Below, piece after piece: positions 36,986 through 45,336 of a stretch of 56,076 bases of DNA; positions within the stretch are counted from its first letter, which is position 1, and each line of letters begins with the position of its first letter. The notes under the pieces are model-generated. The model made no database searches, was not told the DNA's origin, and was given only the letters and a program-made list of their open reading frames with translations. Source of the stretch: a virus (lineage: Duplodnaviria; Caudoviricetes); the IMG/VR virus record IMGVR_UViG_3300012953_000039, positions 1 through 56,076 of that record; one strand, written 5' to 3'. Both the position numbers and the translations under genes were made by a program.

Positions 36986-37575
36986 TGGCAAGTAGAGCAG
37001 TAGATTTATTAATAGCATATAGAGTGATTAAGTTATTAGTTACTCCGTTTGACAAGCAAGAAGCATTTGCTACAGGTATCATTGATAAAAATGGTAAGGT
37101 TTTAAAACCAAACAGACTATTAAAAACATCAAAAGAAAAATCATCGTATACTATGTTACATAGATTTGTTTTTAACCTAAAACGAATACTAGGTAAAGTT
37201 GGTCTTGGTGGTCGTATTGGTAGTTTCGCTACAGCACTTGCATTACTAGTTAAAGAAGATAAAGATTTTGCAGATAGACATAGTGCAATATTAGAAGAGA
37301 CTTGTATGAAATATTTAAAGTCAATAGATGAGTTTAAATATCCTACCTTTGTTAACGAAGAATACTTTGTACAAAGAAAATTACAAGAAGGAACATATAT
37401 GTTGAAAGAAGACCTGTATGATGGTGATGAGTTTATTTCAAAAGATAGTGAAATCGTCTGTATGGAAGAAACCTCACCCATAAATAATATATTAGGGCTA
37501 GACATATACAATTTACACACAGAAAGTGGATTAGAAGTTTTAGTCCCAGGAGATTTATTATATGCAAAACTTTAA
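36985..37575 (+). CDS. conserved T4-like hypothetical protein
   Basis: YRVIKLLVTPF...GIIDKNG...YTMLHRFVFNLKRIL. Confidence 0.65.
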   Translation: MASRAVDLLIAYRVIKLLVTPFDKQEAFATGIIDKNGKVLKPNRLLKTSKEKSSYTMLHRFVFNLKRILGKVGLGGRIGSFATALALLVKEDKDFADRHSAILEETCMKYLKSIDEFKYPTFVNEEYFVQRKLQEGTYMLKEDLYDGDEFISKDSEIVCMEETSPINNILGLDIYNLHTESGLEVLVPGDLLYAKL

Positions 37576-38446
37576 AGATGTATGGGAAGCGTGTTGGACT
37601 GGTTACAAACAGGTTGGTTTCAAGAAAAAAGGAAACAAACAAGTACCTAATTGTGTACCAGAAGAAGCAGAAGCAATATTTGATTTAGATGAAAAGGCAA
37701 AAGAGTTTCATCTATTTACAAATAAACCAGACGCAGAAAAGAAAGCAAAAGAGATTGGTGGTAAAGTAGTAACTGGTACTGGTAAGTCAACTGGTTATTT
37801 CGCCGCTATGAAAGAAGACGCTCCAGCAAATGCTGTCGCAGGAGGTGGGGTATCTATGCCACCAGACGCAGTACAAGATAAGAAAAAGAAAAAAGATGAC
37901 GCTGAAGATGTTTTAAGAAGAACAATAATGAAAAAGTTATCTTCAAAAATTCAAGAAAATAATGTAGGTAATAATGCTATACTAAATGGTGTATTAGACC
38001 AATTAGATAGATTAGATGTAATCGTAGATGAACTTACATATGGAAAGTCAGAAGCGACTTTCGTAGATACAACTCCCAAAAAAACAATACTAGAAAAAGC
38101 AAAACTAAAAGAATATGGTAGTGGTGCTCTTGGTAGTATTGGACAAGGTAGTTATGGGGCAATGCACCCTATCGCTTCACTAGGTGATACACCACCAAAG
38201 GGTAGACATAGAACTATGAGAAGTGTAGGACTTGTTTCACAAAAAGACCCTAGGCACGGTATAGACCAAGACAAGAAAACAGCAAACTTAAAAGTTGTTG
38301 CAAGAGAAGACGCACCTGATACCGAAGACGCAATGAAAAGATACAAAGCAGGTAAGGCAGGTTTTGGTGATATAACCCACCTAAAAGCAAAAGGATTAAT
38401 AAAGAGGTCAGATGGAACAAAACGAAAATCTGACAAATACAAATAA
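37562..38446 (+). CDS. probable internal head protein
   Basis: MQNFKDVWE then ACWTGYKQVGFKKKGNKQVPNCVPE; further E-terminated modules (MKE/DAPAN, LKE/YGSG). Confidence 0.55.
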   Translation: MQNFKDVWEACWTGYKQVGFKKKGNKQVPNCVPEEAEAIFDLDEKAKEFHLFTNKPDAEKKAKEIGGKVVTGTGKSTGYFAAMKEDAPANAVAGGGVSMPPDAVQDKKKKKDDAEDVLRRTIMKKLSSKIQENNVGNNAILNGVLDQLDRLDVIVDELTYGKSEATFVDTTPKKTILEKAKLKEYGSGALGSIGQGSYGAMHPIASLGDTPPKGRHRTMRSVGLVSQKDPRHGIDQDKKTANLKVVAREDAPDTEDAMKRYKAGKAGFGDITHLKAKGLIKRSDGTKRKSDKYK

Positions 38447-38455
38447 GGAGTAAAT

Positions 38456-38956
38456 ATGTTTAATGGTTTATTAGACGCTATATTCTTACCACCTAGAAAT
38501 TGGGTGTTGAATAAGGCTCTGAAGTTTAAGTCAAAGGATTTGAATAATGAAGAAATTGCAAAGTTGATAGTTGCAGGAGTTGAAGTTAAAGATAAAGGAC
38601 AAAATAAAGGTGAGATTACGGTACCTGCTGGGTACATAACTGACCTTGCAAGTGTACCAAGAATATGTTGGGCTTTTATTGCACCATTTGATGTTGCAAG
38701 AGCAGCCGTGATACACGATATACTATACGAAAAAATTAACGGTGCTTTTAAAGACGGAAGAATACCCACAAAGAAACACCGAGAACTATATAGAAGTATA
38801 GCAGATAATATATTCAGACAAGGTATGGAAAATTCAGAACCTTCAGTTCCTAATTGGAAAATCAAGTCTGCCTTTTACGCTGTAAGAATGTTTGGCCGTT
38901 GGGCAATCAATTCTTCTGCACCAAGAGGACAAAAACCACCATTGGTATTGAAATAA
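38456..38956 (+). CDS. DUF1353-family protein
   Basis: VPAGYITDLASVPR...AAVIHDILY...AD..F...AVRMFG. Confidence 0.75.
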   Translation: MFNGLLDAIFLPPRNWVLNKALKFKSKDLNNEEIAKLIVAGVEVKDKGQNKGEITVPAGYITDLASVPRICWAFIAPFDVARAAVIHDILYEKINGAFKDGRIPTKKHRELYRSIADNIFRQGMENSEPSVPNWKIKSAFYAVRMFGRWAINSSAPRGQKPPLVLK

Positions 38957-38957
38957 T

Positions 38958-39227
38958 ATGTGGTTCTTTTTAGTTAAGTCAGTCGCTGGTGCTATCATAG
39001 GGCAATCTACAAATGCTTGGTTTAAGAAAACTAAAATGGGTATTTGGTTTTACAAGAAAGTAGATGGCTGGTATAATTGGGCTGCGAAGAGATACGATTT
39101 ACAAATACTAACACAGGAAGAAAAACTTATTAAAAAGTTTCCTATGTTAGTCGCAAAGATAAATAAATTAGAAGACCAGTTAGCAAAACAAAAACTGGAA
39201 ATAGTAAAACTTAAAGGGAGAAAATAA
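38958..39227 (+). CDS. hypothetical protein
   Basis: Track ORF, packed in the operon. Confidence 0.55.
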   Translation: MWFFLVKSVAGAIIGQSTNAWFKKTKMGIWFYKKVDGWYNWAAKRYDLQILTQEEKLIKKFPMLVAKINKLEDQLAKQKLEIVKLKGRK

Positions 39228-39337
39228 TGTTTTTAACAATAGGTTTAATTATAGGGTTTGTATTAGGTTGGTATGTCAATGAAAAATTTGAAGACCTTGC
39301 CGAACTCGCTGGTAAGTTAAAATTTTGGAAGAAGTAA
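39227..39337 (+). CDS. small membrane protein (36 aa)
   Basis: MFLTIGLIIGFVLGWYVNEKF...; GGGAG SD and TAATG coupling. Confidence 0.45.
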   Translation: MFLTIGLIIGFVLGWYVNEKFEDLAELAGKLKFWKK

Positions 39338-39434
39338 GTCTTTGGATGTTTAGAAAAACATTAGTAGAGTATATTTGTATTAACAATTACTCTCCTAGAC
39401 AGGCAAGACTTATGATAATGGAGAAAATAAAGTA

Positions 39435-39914
39435 ATGATATTTGGATATGCAAAAATGATAATGGTTGGTGTGTTGGTCGCTGGTATCGCAGGTGCTGGT
39501 GTATATGTAATGAAGTTACAAAAAGACAACGCAATTCTTAAAGCCAATCAAATCAAACTAGAGCAATCAGTAGAAAGTCAGAAGAAAGTAATAGAAAAGC
39601 AGAAAGCAGACTTTGGTCAGATACTTGAAGCGAACAAGAAAATGAACGCTTTAGTTAATAATCTACAAAAAGATTTAGCAGATTTAGATAAGAGATTTAC
39701 TAAAGGTGGAAGAGACTTTGGTAAAGTTGCATTAGAAAAGACAAAGGTAATAGAGAAGATAATCAATAGTGGTAGTGATAATGTTCTCCGTTGCGTAGAA
39801 ATATCAATGGGAGCACCATTGACAGAAGAAGAGAAGAAAGCCACGAAGAAGTCTCAAATTAACAGAGAATGTCCAACAATAGCGAACCCGAATTATGTAC
39901 CATATAATAATTAG
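39435..39914 (+). CDS. inner-membrane spanin (Rz-like)
   Basis: N-terminal TM helix, long coiled coil, C-terminal Cys pair; overlapped by a lipoprotein gene. Confidence 0.65.
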   Translation: MIFGYAKMIMVGVLVAGIAGAGVYVMKLQKDNAILKANQIKLEQSVESQKKVIEKQKADFGQILEANKKMNALVNNLQKDLADLDKRFTKGGRDFGKVALEKTKVIEKIINSGSDNVLRCVEISMGAPLTEEEKKATKKSQINRECPTIANPNYVPYNN

Positions 39915-40254
39915 TATATTACTCATATTCATTCTATCAGGTTGTTCTAGCGTCAAGAAACTTGACATATTTACAACAGAGGTAGAAAGACAAGAGTTAG
40001 ACCTACCTAAACCTACTACACCTGAATTAGAGAAGTTAAGATGGATTATCATCACTTCTGAAAACGCAGACGAGGTATTTGCAAAACTCAAAGAAGAGGG
40101 TATAGACCCTGTCTTATTTGGATTAACAGATAAAGATTTTCAATTAATCGCAAAGAATTTCGCACATATCAGAAATCATATGAAACAGACTAACGACCTA
40201 ATTGACGCATATAAAGAATATTACGAACCTGATAGTCAAAAATCTGACAAGTAA
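39895..40254 (+). CDS. outer-membrane spanin lipoprotein (Rz1-like)
   Basis: Lipobox LSGC, Pro-rich segment, overlaps the i-spanin candidate. Confidence 0.65.
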   Translation: MYHIIISILLIFILSGCSSVKKLDIFTTEVERQELDLPKPTTPELEKLRWIIITSENADEVFAKLKEEGIDPVLFGLTDKDFQLIAKNFAHIRNHMKQTNDLIDAYKEYYEPDSQKSDK

Positions 40255-40293
40255 AAAAGTCAAATTTTTCTTTTAAAACAAAAGCCTACTTTT

Positions 40294-40301
40294 TATAAAT
40301 A
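40294..40301 (+). promoter_or_regulatory. T4-type late promoter TATAAATA
   Basis: Exact intergenic motif. Confidence 0.7.
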
Positions 40302-40358
40302 ATCATATAGACAAACACTATGTCTATGAGAATTAAGAAATAAAAAAGGGAACACACA

Positions 40359-41195
40359 ATGGATAGATTATCAAAGTCTATTTTGTTATGTGTTGTTATG
40401 ATTGGACTCTTCATAGGGTCTTCTTGGGCTGATACTACTTCAAATGGGGCGACTACCAATGCACAGACAAATACTTCTGGCAGTAATACCACTATATCTG
40501 GTGGGTACTCGCAAGAGAGCACTACTACATACCAATCTGGTTCATCTAGTAGCACGACCTCTACAACTAACAACTCTACAAACAACACTTCAAGTCTAAA
40601 AGACCAACAGAATACTGCCTCAGCACCTTCTATGAGTGCGATGTCGCAGGATGTTTGTGCCGTAGGTATATCAGGTGGATTACAATATCCAGGTATTGGT
40701 ATGTCTTTCGGAAAACATATGATAGACGAAAATTGTGAAAGAATTAAACTATCCAAAGTTTTAAACGATTTAGGAATGAAGGTTGCTGCCGTATCAATCC
40801 TATGTCAAGACCCTAGAGTATTCTTTGCAATGGAACAATCTGGTACTCCTTGTCCTTTCCAAGGTAAAATTGGAGTAGCGGCTGCAGAAGAGTGGAAAAA
40901 ATACGATAAATTAAGACCTGATTTTGATGTCTATACAGAAAGATTGGCTCTTATACAAAACAGAAACAAAGAAGACGAAGACAAAACAGCAGAAGAGAAA
41001 TCTCTACAAATGCAACTTGACGAAACTACCGTTATTCTTAATGCAATCAAAAAAGAAAATGAGAAGATTGAGAACTACACAAAGAAAGTTGAGAAGCAGT
41101 TAGAGAAAGAGAAGAAAAAGAATGAGAAAAAGAAAAAGAAAAAATCTTCTGCAAACTTTGATACTTCAGGAACAGAAACACCAAAGGTTAAGTAA
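40359..41195 (+). CDS. secreted Cys-containing hypothetical protein
   Basis: Signal peptide (SWA/D), S/T/N-rich stalk, TASAPS...C...NCERIKLSK...CQDPRV...GTPCP. Confidence 0.65.
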   Translation: MDRLSKSILLCVVMIGLFIGSSWADTTSNGATTNAQTNTSGSNTTISGGYSQESTTTYQSGSSSSTTSTTNNSTNNTSSLKDQQNTASAPSMSAMSQDVCAVGISGGLQYPGIGMSFGKHMIDENCERIKLSKVLNDLGMKVAAVSILCQDPRVFFAMEQSGTPCPFQGKIGVAAAEEWKKYDKLRPDFDVYTERLALIQNRNKEDEDKTAEEKSLQMQLDETTVILNAIKKENEKIENYTKKVEKQLEKEKKKNEKKKKKKSSANFDTSGTETPKVK

Positions 41196-41231
41196 TGGAA
41201 TTTATACTAATATATTTAGGAGTTATGGCAT

Positions 41232-43388
41232 ATGTCTGGTTTAAAGTGGACCGTTTTGCTGACGATATTAACCCTTACAATTTTTTCAGTAAATAGTAGT
41301 AAGGCAAATACAACTTGCGTCACCAATAGTTTAGGGGATAGAACCTGTACAACCGTAACAGGTAACATTCTTAGCAACTCAACATTCGGTACAGGAAATA
41401 CTACAACCACAACTGACTGGTCAACAACTGGTTCAGATGGTATTCACACACACGGAAACTTTGGATTTACATATCCTAATGGTGCAGATAGCACAGGTGG
41501 TGTACTTGCGTTTGAAGGTCACGATGAAGATAATGTATTTCAAGACAGCGCCCTAGTTGGCGATGGTCACTTAACACAATCACAAATTAACGAAGGTTTT
41601 GTTTCAACGATGTCTGCCGATGTCTGGTTTTGGAATAATATTGAAAATACCTTCACAATGAAACAAACTATCACAGCCGCTGATGGTACCGTTACTACAC
41701 AAACTAGAGTAATAAATGACCACGACCCTAATAGAAGTTTCAATGGTGGTCAGTTTACAAATTATACAGATAGTTATACTCAAAATCCAAACTCACAAAC
41801 AGACTTTACAATAAGAGCCGAAGTATTTAACCTAGGTGATGGTTCAAATAATGACAATCTACACCGTGGTCCCGATGTAGACAATGTTCAGTTATCTATT
41901 ACTACACTAGGACAAACTACAAGTTGTCAACAATTAGGTACTTGTACAAGTGCTGGTACAGATTTAAATAACGCATTAGATTTAAAAGACGATACAACAG
42001 GTATAGATTTATTTGAACAGATTGACCAAGATGTAGAAACGGCAATTGAAGATTTCCAACAAGCAGAATTTAGTAACGAAGTTAATCTACCTACTACTAT
42101 GGATTTTGGTATTGTAGATATGACAGCAATAGAAGAATTAGAGGTTATAGTACCAAATGAATTTGGTGGCTTTGATGAGATACCTTTAGAAGTATTTGTA
42201 GTAGAAAGTTTTGATAACTTTATAGACACAAACGATTTAAGAGACACTTTTGAACAAGAATTAGTTGTACAAGATATTAGCGAACAGGAATTTTTTAACG
42301 AACTATCAAGTCAGATGGCAGAAGAACTTACTATGGAAATGAATTTTGACAGACCTCTGCCACCTATGGAAATGCCAATGGATGATTTACCTCCTATTGA
42401 AATGCCAATGGAAACTGATATGATGACTGAAATGCCAGAACTGATTGAGATACCAGAAGATGAAATGTTTGGCAGTACAGGCGCTGAAATTGATTTTGGA
42501 AGTCCTAATATGATGACCGAAATGCCTGAACCTGAAATGATAGAAGAAGACTTTGATATGGTAGAACCACCTATGGAAATGGAGACAATGACCGAAGAGA
42601 CTATGGTTACAAGTCTACCACCTGGGATGCGTGAACCTGAAATGGAGGAACCAGAAACTATCAGAGAGGAGATACCTAATGTAAGAAACGAACCGATGAC
42701 GGAAGAAAATACCGTAGAAGAAGAACCAGCAATGGCAGAACCTTCTATGGCAGATGAACCACAACCAGAGGAACCAAATGCAAATAATACAACTTCAAAC
42801 AACGAACCTACTGACACCGAGACTATTGAAGAAAATGAGACAGGCCGTCCGAACACAATGGAGACAGAAACACAATCAGAAGAAACTCCAACTGAAACTA
42901 GAATGGCTGAAAATACGGAAACAGAAGGAGAGGAGACGAAGACGAATAATGAAGAAAGAGTGGATGCAAGAGAGACTGACACTACAGAGACAGCAGATGT
43001 TAAGGTTAGAACTACAGAAAATGTACAAGTCAGTAGCATAGGTATAAAAGTTGCAAAGATTATCGCAAAACTTGAATTAACATTGAAGAGGGTTGATGAT
43101 AAGGTTAAGGCAATTCAATATGTAACACTTAAAGGTATTCAATCAGAAGCACCTAATTTAAATTTATATGCAAAGAAACAATTTTATCAACCAACTTCAC
43201 TTCAAGATGGTAATCCTGATTTCTTTAATCAACTAAATATTGAGCAACAACAAATATATGGTAATGTAACTCTTGCACAATACAGCGATAAAGACCCGCT
43301 GATTGTACAGAAGAGAGAACTTAATAGAATAAATAGTGAAAAACAGAGATTGTTGATAGAGATACAACAATTGAAAGAAAACTTATAG
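41232..43388 (+). CDS. large secreted protein with acidic Glu/Met/Pro-rich low-complexity region
   Basis: Signal peptide (SKA/N), beta-rich N-domain, long EMP-rich tract. Confidence 0.65.
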   Translation: MSGLKWTVLLTILTLTIFSVNSSKANTTCVTNSLGDRTCTTVTGNILSNSTFGTGNTTTTTDWSTTGSDGIHTHGNFGFTYPNGADSTGGVLAFEGHDEDNVFQDSALVGDGHLTQSQINEGFVSTMSADVWFWNNIENTFTMKQTITAADGTVTTQTRVINDHDPNRSFNGGQFTNYTDSYTQNPNSQTDFTIRAEVFNLGDGSNNDNLHRGPDVDNVQLSITTLGQTTSCQQLGTCTSAGTDLNNALDLKDDTTGIDLFEQIDQDVETAIEDFQQAEFSNEVNLPTTMDFGIVDMTAIEELEVIVPNEFGGFDEIPLEVFVVESFDNFIDTNDLRDTFEQELVVQDISEQEFFNELSSQMAEELTMEMNFDRPLPPMEMPMDDLPPIEMPMETDMMTEMPELIEIPEDEMFGSTGAEIDFGSPNMMTEMPEPEMIEEDFDMVEPPMEMETMTEETMVTSLPPGMREPEMEEPETIREEIPNVRNEPMTEENTVEEEPAMAEPSMADEPQPEEPNANNTTSNNEPTDTETIEENETGRPNTMETETQSEETPTETRMAENTETEGEETKTNNEERVDARETDTTETADVKVRTTENVQVSSIGIKVAKIIAKLELTLKRVDDKVKAIQYVTLKGIQSEAPNLNLYAKKQFYQPTSLQDGNPDFFNQLNIEQQQIYGNVTLAQYSDKDPLIVQKRELNRINSEKQRLLIEIQQLKENL

Positions 43389-43398
43389 GAAAAATCAA

Positions 43399-43740
43399 AT
43401 GGACAAATTAAAAAATAATCTAGCAAGTATCGCCGCTCTGATAGCAGCCATAGTTGCAATTGGTGGTGGTTTTGTAAAGTATGGTGAACTTACTACAAAG
43501 TTAACTGCTTTAGAAAATCAAAAAGGCGTGAATATCGCACCACTACAAGAACAAGTTAAACAACTACAGATTGACCTAACATCTTTAACAACTAAAGTTG
43601 ATGGTATGAATGTAGATGTAGATTTATCTGATATGGATAAAAACAAAACAGGAATTGCAGTAAACAATAAAGAAATTGAAGTTTTAAAATTACAAATACA
43701 AGAGTTAAAATTAAAGTCTTCAAATCCCTTAGCGAACTAG
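43399..43740 (+). CDS. membrane-anchored coiled-coil protein
   Basis: IAALIAAIVAIGGGF TM segment followed by heptads. Confidence 0.6.
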   Translation: MDKLKNNLASIAALIAAIVAIGGGFVKYGELTTKLTALENQKGVNIAPLQEQVKQLQIDLTSLTTKVDGMNVDVDLSDMDKNKTGIAVNNKEIEVLKLQIQELKLKSSNPLAN

Positions 43741-43751
43741 AGGACAATTAA

Positions 43752-44234
43752 ATGGAAAGAAACGGCAACGGTAACGGCGAGACTAGAAAGACTATATCTT
43801 CACTAGGAAAAGAAGTCGCCGACAATAGAACAAGTATAGAGGTTTTAAAATCTGAACTTCAGCAATCTACTATGGTACACAAAAGACTAGACACAGCGAT
43901 TGAGAAGTTAACAGGTATATCTTCTAGCATTAAATCTATGCTTGCCGTACACGAAGAGAAATTATCTCAAGCAGAAAAACTAGACGAAATCATCTTCTCT
44001 AAATTAAAAGATAGACAAGAAGATACAGAAAAAAGATATTCTGCATTAAAAGAAAATATAGAACTTACAGAAAAGAGAATAATGAACGAAATCAAGTCAA
44101 TCAAAAATACACTTGGAGATAGAGTAAATGTACTAGAAAAGTGGAAATGGTTGATTATTGGTGGTTCTATAGTAATTGGCTTCATCTTGGCAAGAAACTT
44201 TCCGCTTGTCGTAGAATTGATGAAGGTCCAGTAA
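43752..44234 (+). CDS. coiled-coil protein with C-terminal TM helix (holin-like candidate)
   Basis: LAVHEEKL...RVNVLEKWKWLIIGGSIVIGFIL. Confidence 0.55.
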   Translation: MERNGNGNGETRKTISSLGKEVADNRTSIEVLKSELQQSTMVHKRLDTAIEKLTGISSSIKSMLAVHEEKLSQAEKLDEIIFSKLKDRQEDTEKRYSALKENIELTEKRIMNEIKSIKNTLGDRVNVLEKWKWLIIGGSIVIGFILARNFPLVVELMKVQ

Positions 44235-44261
44235 GGGTTATCACTATTTTCGGATAGGTGC

Positions 44262-44290
44262 TTGACATAGTACCTCATTTAGTATATGAT
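44262..44290 (+). promoter_or_regulatory. sigma70-type promoter for primase/nrdAB
   Basis: GCTTGACA-N17-TATGAT. Confidence 0.7.
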
Positions 44291-44318
44291 GAGTACTAAA
44301 TGAAAAAAGAGTGCAAAT

Positions 44319-45323
44319 ATGTCAAGTTATATTGACCTAAAATTTATCAACGAAATATCAGCAAGACTTGGTCACTTCAAGAAAAAAGGGGATTACCTCT
44401 TCAACTTCAGGTGTCCACATTGTGGCGATAGTCAAAAATCTAAACTGAAAAGTAGAGGTTATTTCTATCGTGTAAAAAATGATATGTTCTTCAAATGCCA
44501 CAATTGTGGTATGGGACAAAATCTTGCTAACTTTCTAAAATTTATTGACCCAAAAGTTTACGAACAATATCTATTAGAAAGATATAAAACGGCGTCACCA
44601 GCGACACCGAAACCAGAGTTTAAATATGATTTTAAACCTGATATAAAAGATGACTTCATAAGTGATTTAACTAAAATTGCTGATTTAGATAAAGAACACC
44701 CAGCAAGAAAAGTTGTAGAGAAAAGACTTATACCTGAAAAGTTTTATGATAAGTTGTATCTCTGCAATAAGTTTTATTCGTGGGCACATAAGATAGCACC
44801 ACGAAAATATAATACAAGTAAATACGACCACCCTAGATTAGTCATACCTTTTTATGATGAACAAGGTAAAGTATTTGCATACCAAGGCCGTGCATTTGGA
44901 AACGAAACTCCAAAGTATGTAACAATCAAGTTAGACGAAAACAAACAAAAGATATTTGGACTAGAAAGAGTAAATTATACACAACATATATTTGTGGTTG
45001 AAGGTCCAATTGATAGTTTGTTTTTAGATAATTGTATTGCGGCTGGTGGGGCAGACTTAACTTTAGATAGTAAGATTGACCCTAGTAAAGTTACATATAT
45101 ATTTGATAACGAACCGAGAAATAAAGAAATAGTAAGTCGTATGGAAAAAATAATAGAACAAGGTTACAATATTTTTATTTGGCCAAACGACATTCAACTG
45201 AAAGATGTAAATGATTTGATTATGACAGGAGTTACGAAAGTACAATTAAGTGAAATTATAAGTATCAACACATATTCAAAACTATCAGCAAGTCAGCAAT
45301 TAATAACATATAAGAAAGTATAG
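44319..45323 (+). CDS. gp61: DNA primase (T4 gp61)
   Basis: Zn-ribbon CPHCGDS...KCHNCG, RLVIPF, TOPRIM VVEGPIDSLF, DNEPRN, KDVND. Confidence 0.93.
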   Translation: MSSYIDLKFINEISARLGHFKKKGDYLFNFRCPHCGDSQKSKLKSRGYFYRVKNDMFFKCHNCGMGQNLANFLKFIDPKVYEQYLLERYKTASPATPKPEFKYDFKPDIKDDFISDLTKIADLDKEHPARKVVEKRLIPEKFYDKLYLCNKFYSWAHKIAPRKYNTSKYDHPRLVIPFYDEQGKVFAYQGRAFGNETPKYVTIKLDENKQKIFGLERVNYTQHIFVVEGPIDSLFLDNCIAAGGADLTLDSKIDPSKVTYIFDNEPRNKEIVSRMEKIIEQGYNIFIWPNDIQLKDVNDLIMTGVTKVQLSEIISINTYSKLSASQQLITYKKV

Positions 45324-45336
45324 AGGGATAAAAATT

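Noticed and set aside
42300-43000. CRISPR array or DNA tandem repeat in the GAAATGCC-rich region
   Set aside because: Repeats are short, irregular and reflect Glu-Met-Pro protein low complexity; no constant repeat-spacer structure was seen in the window.
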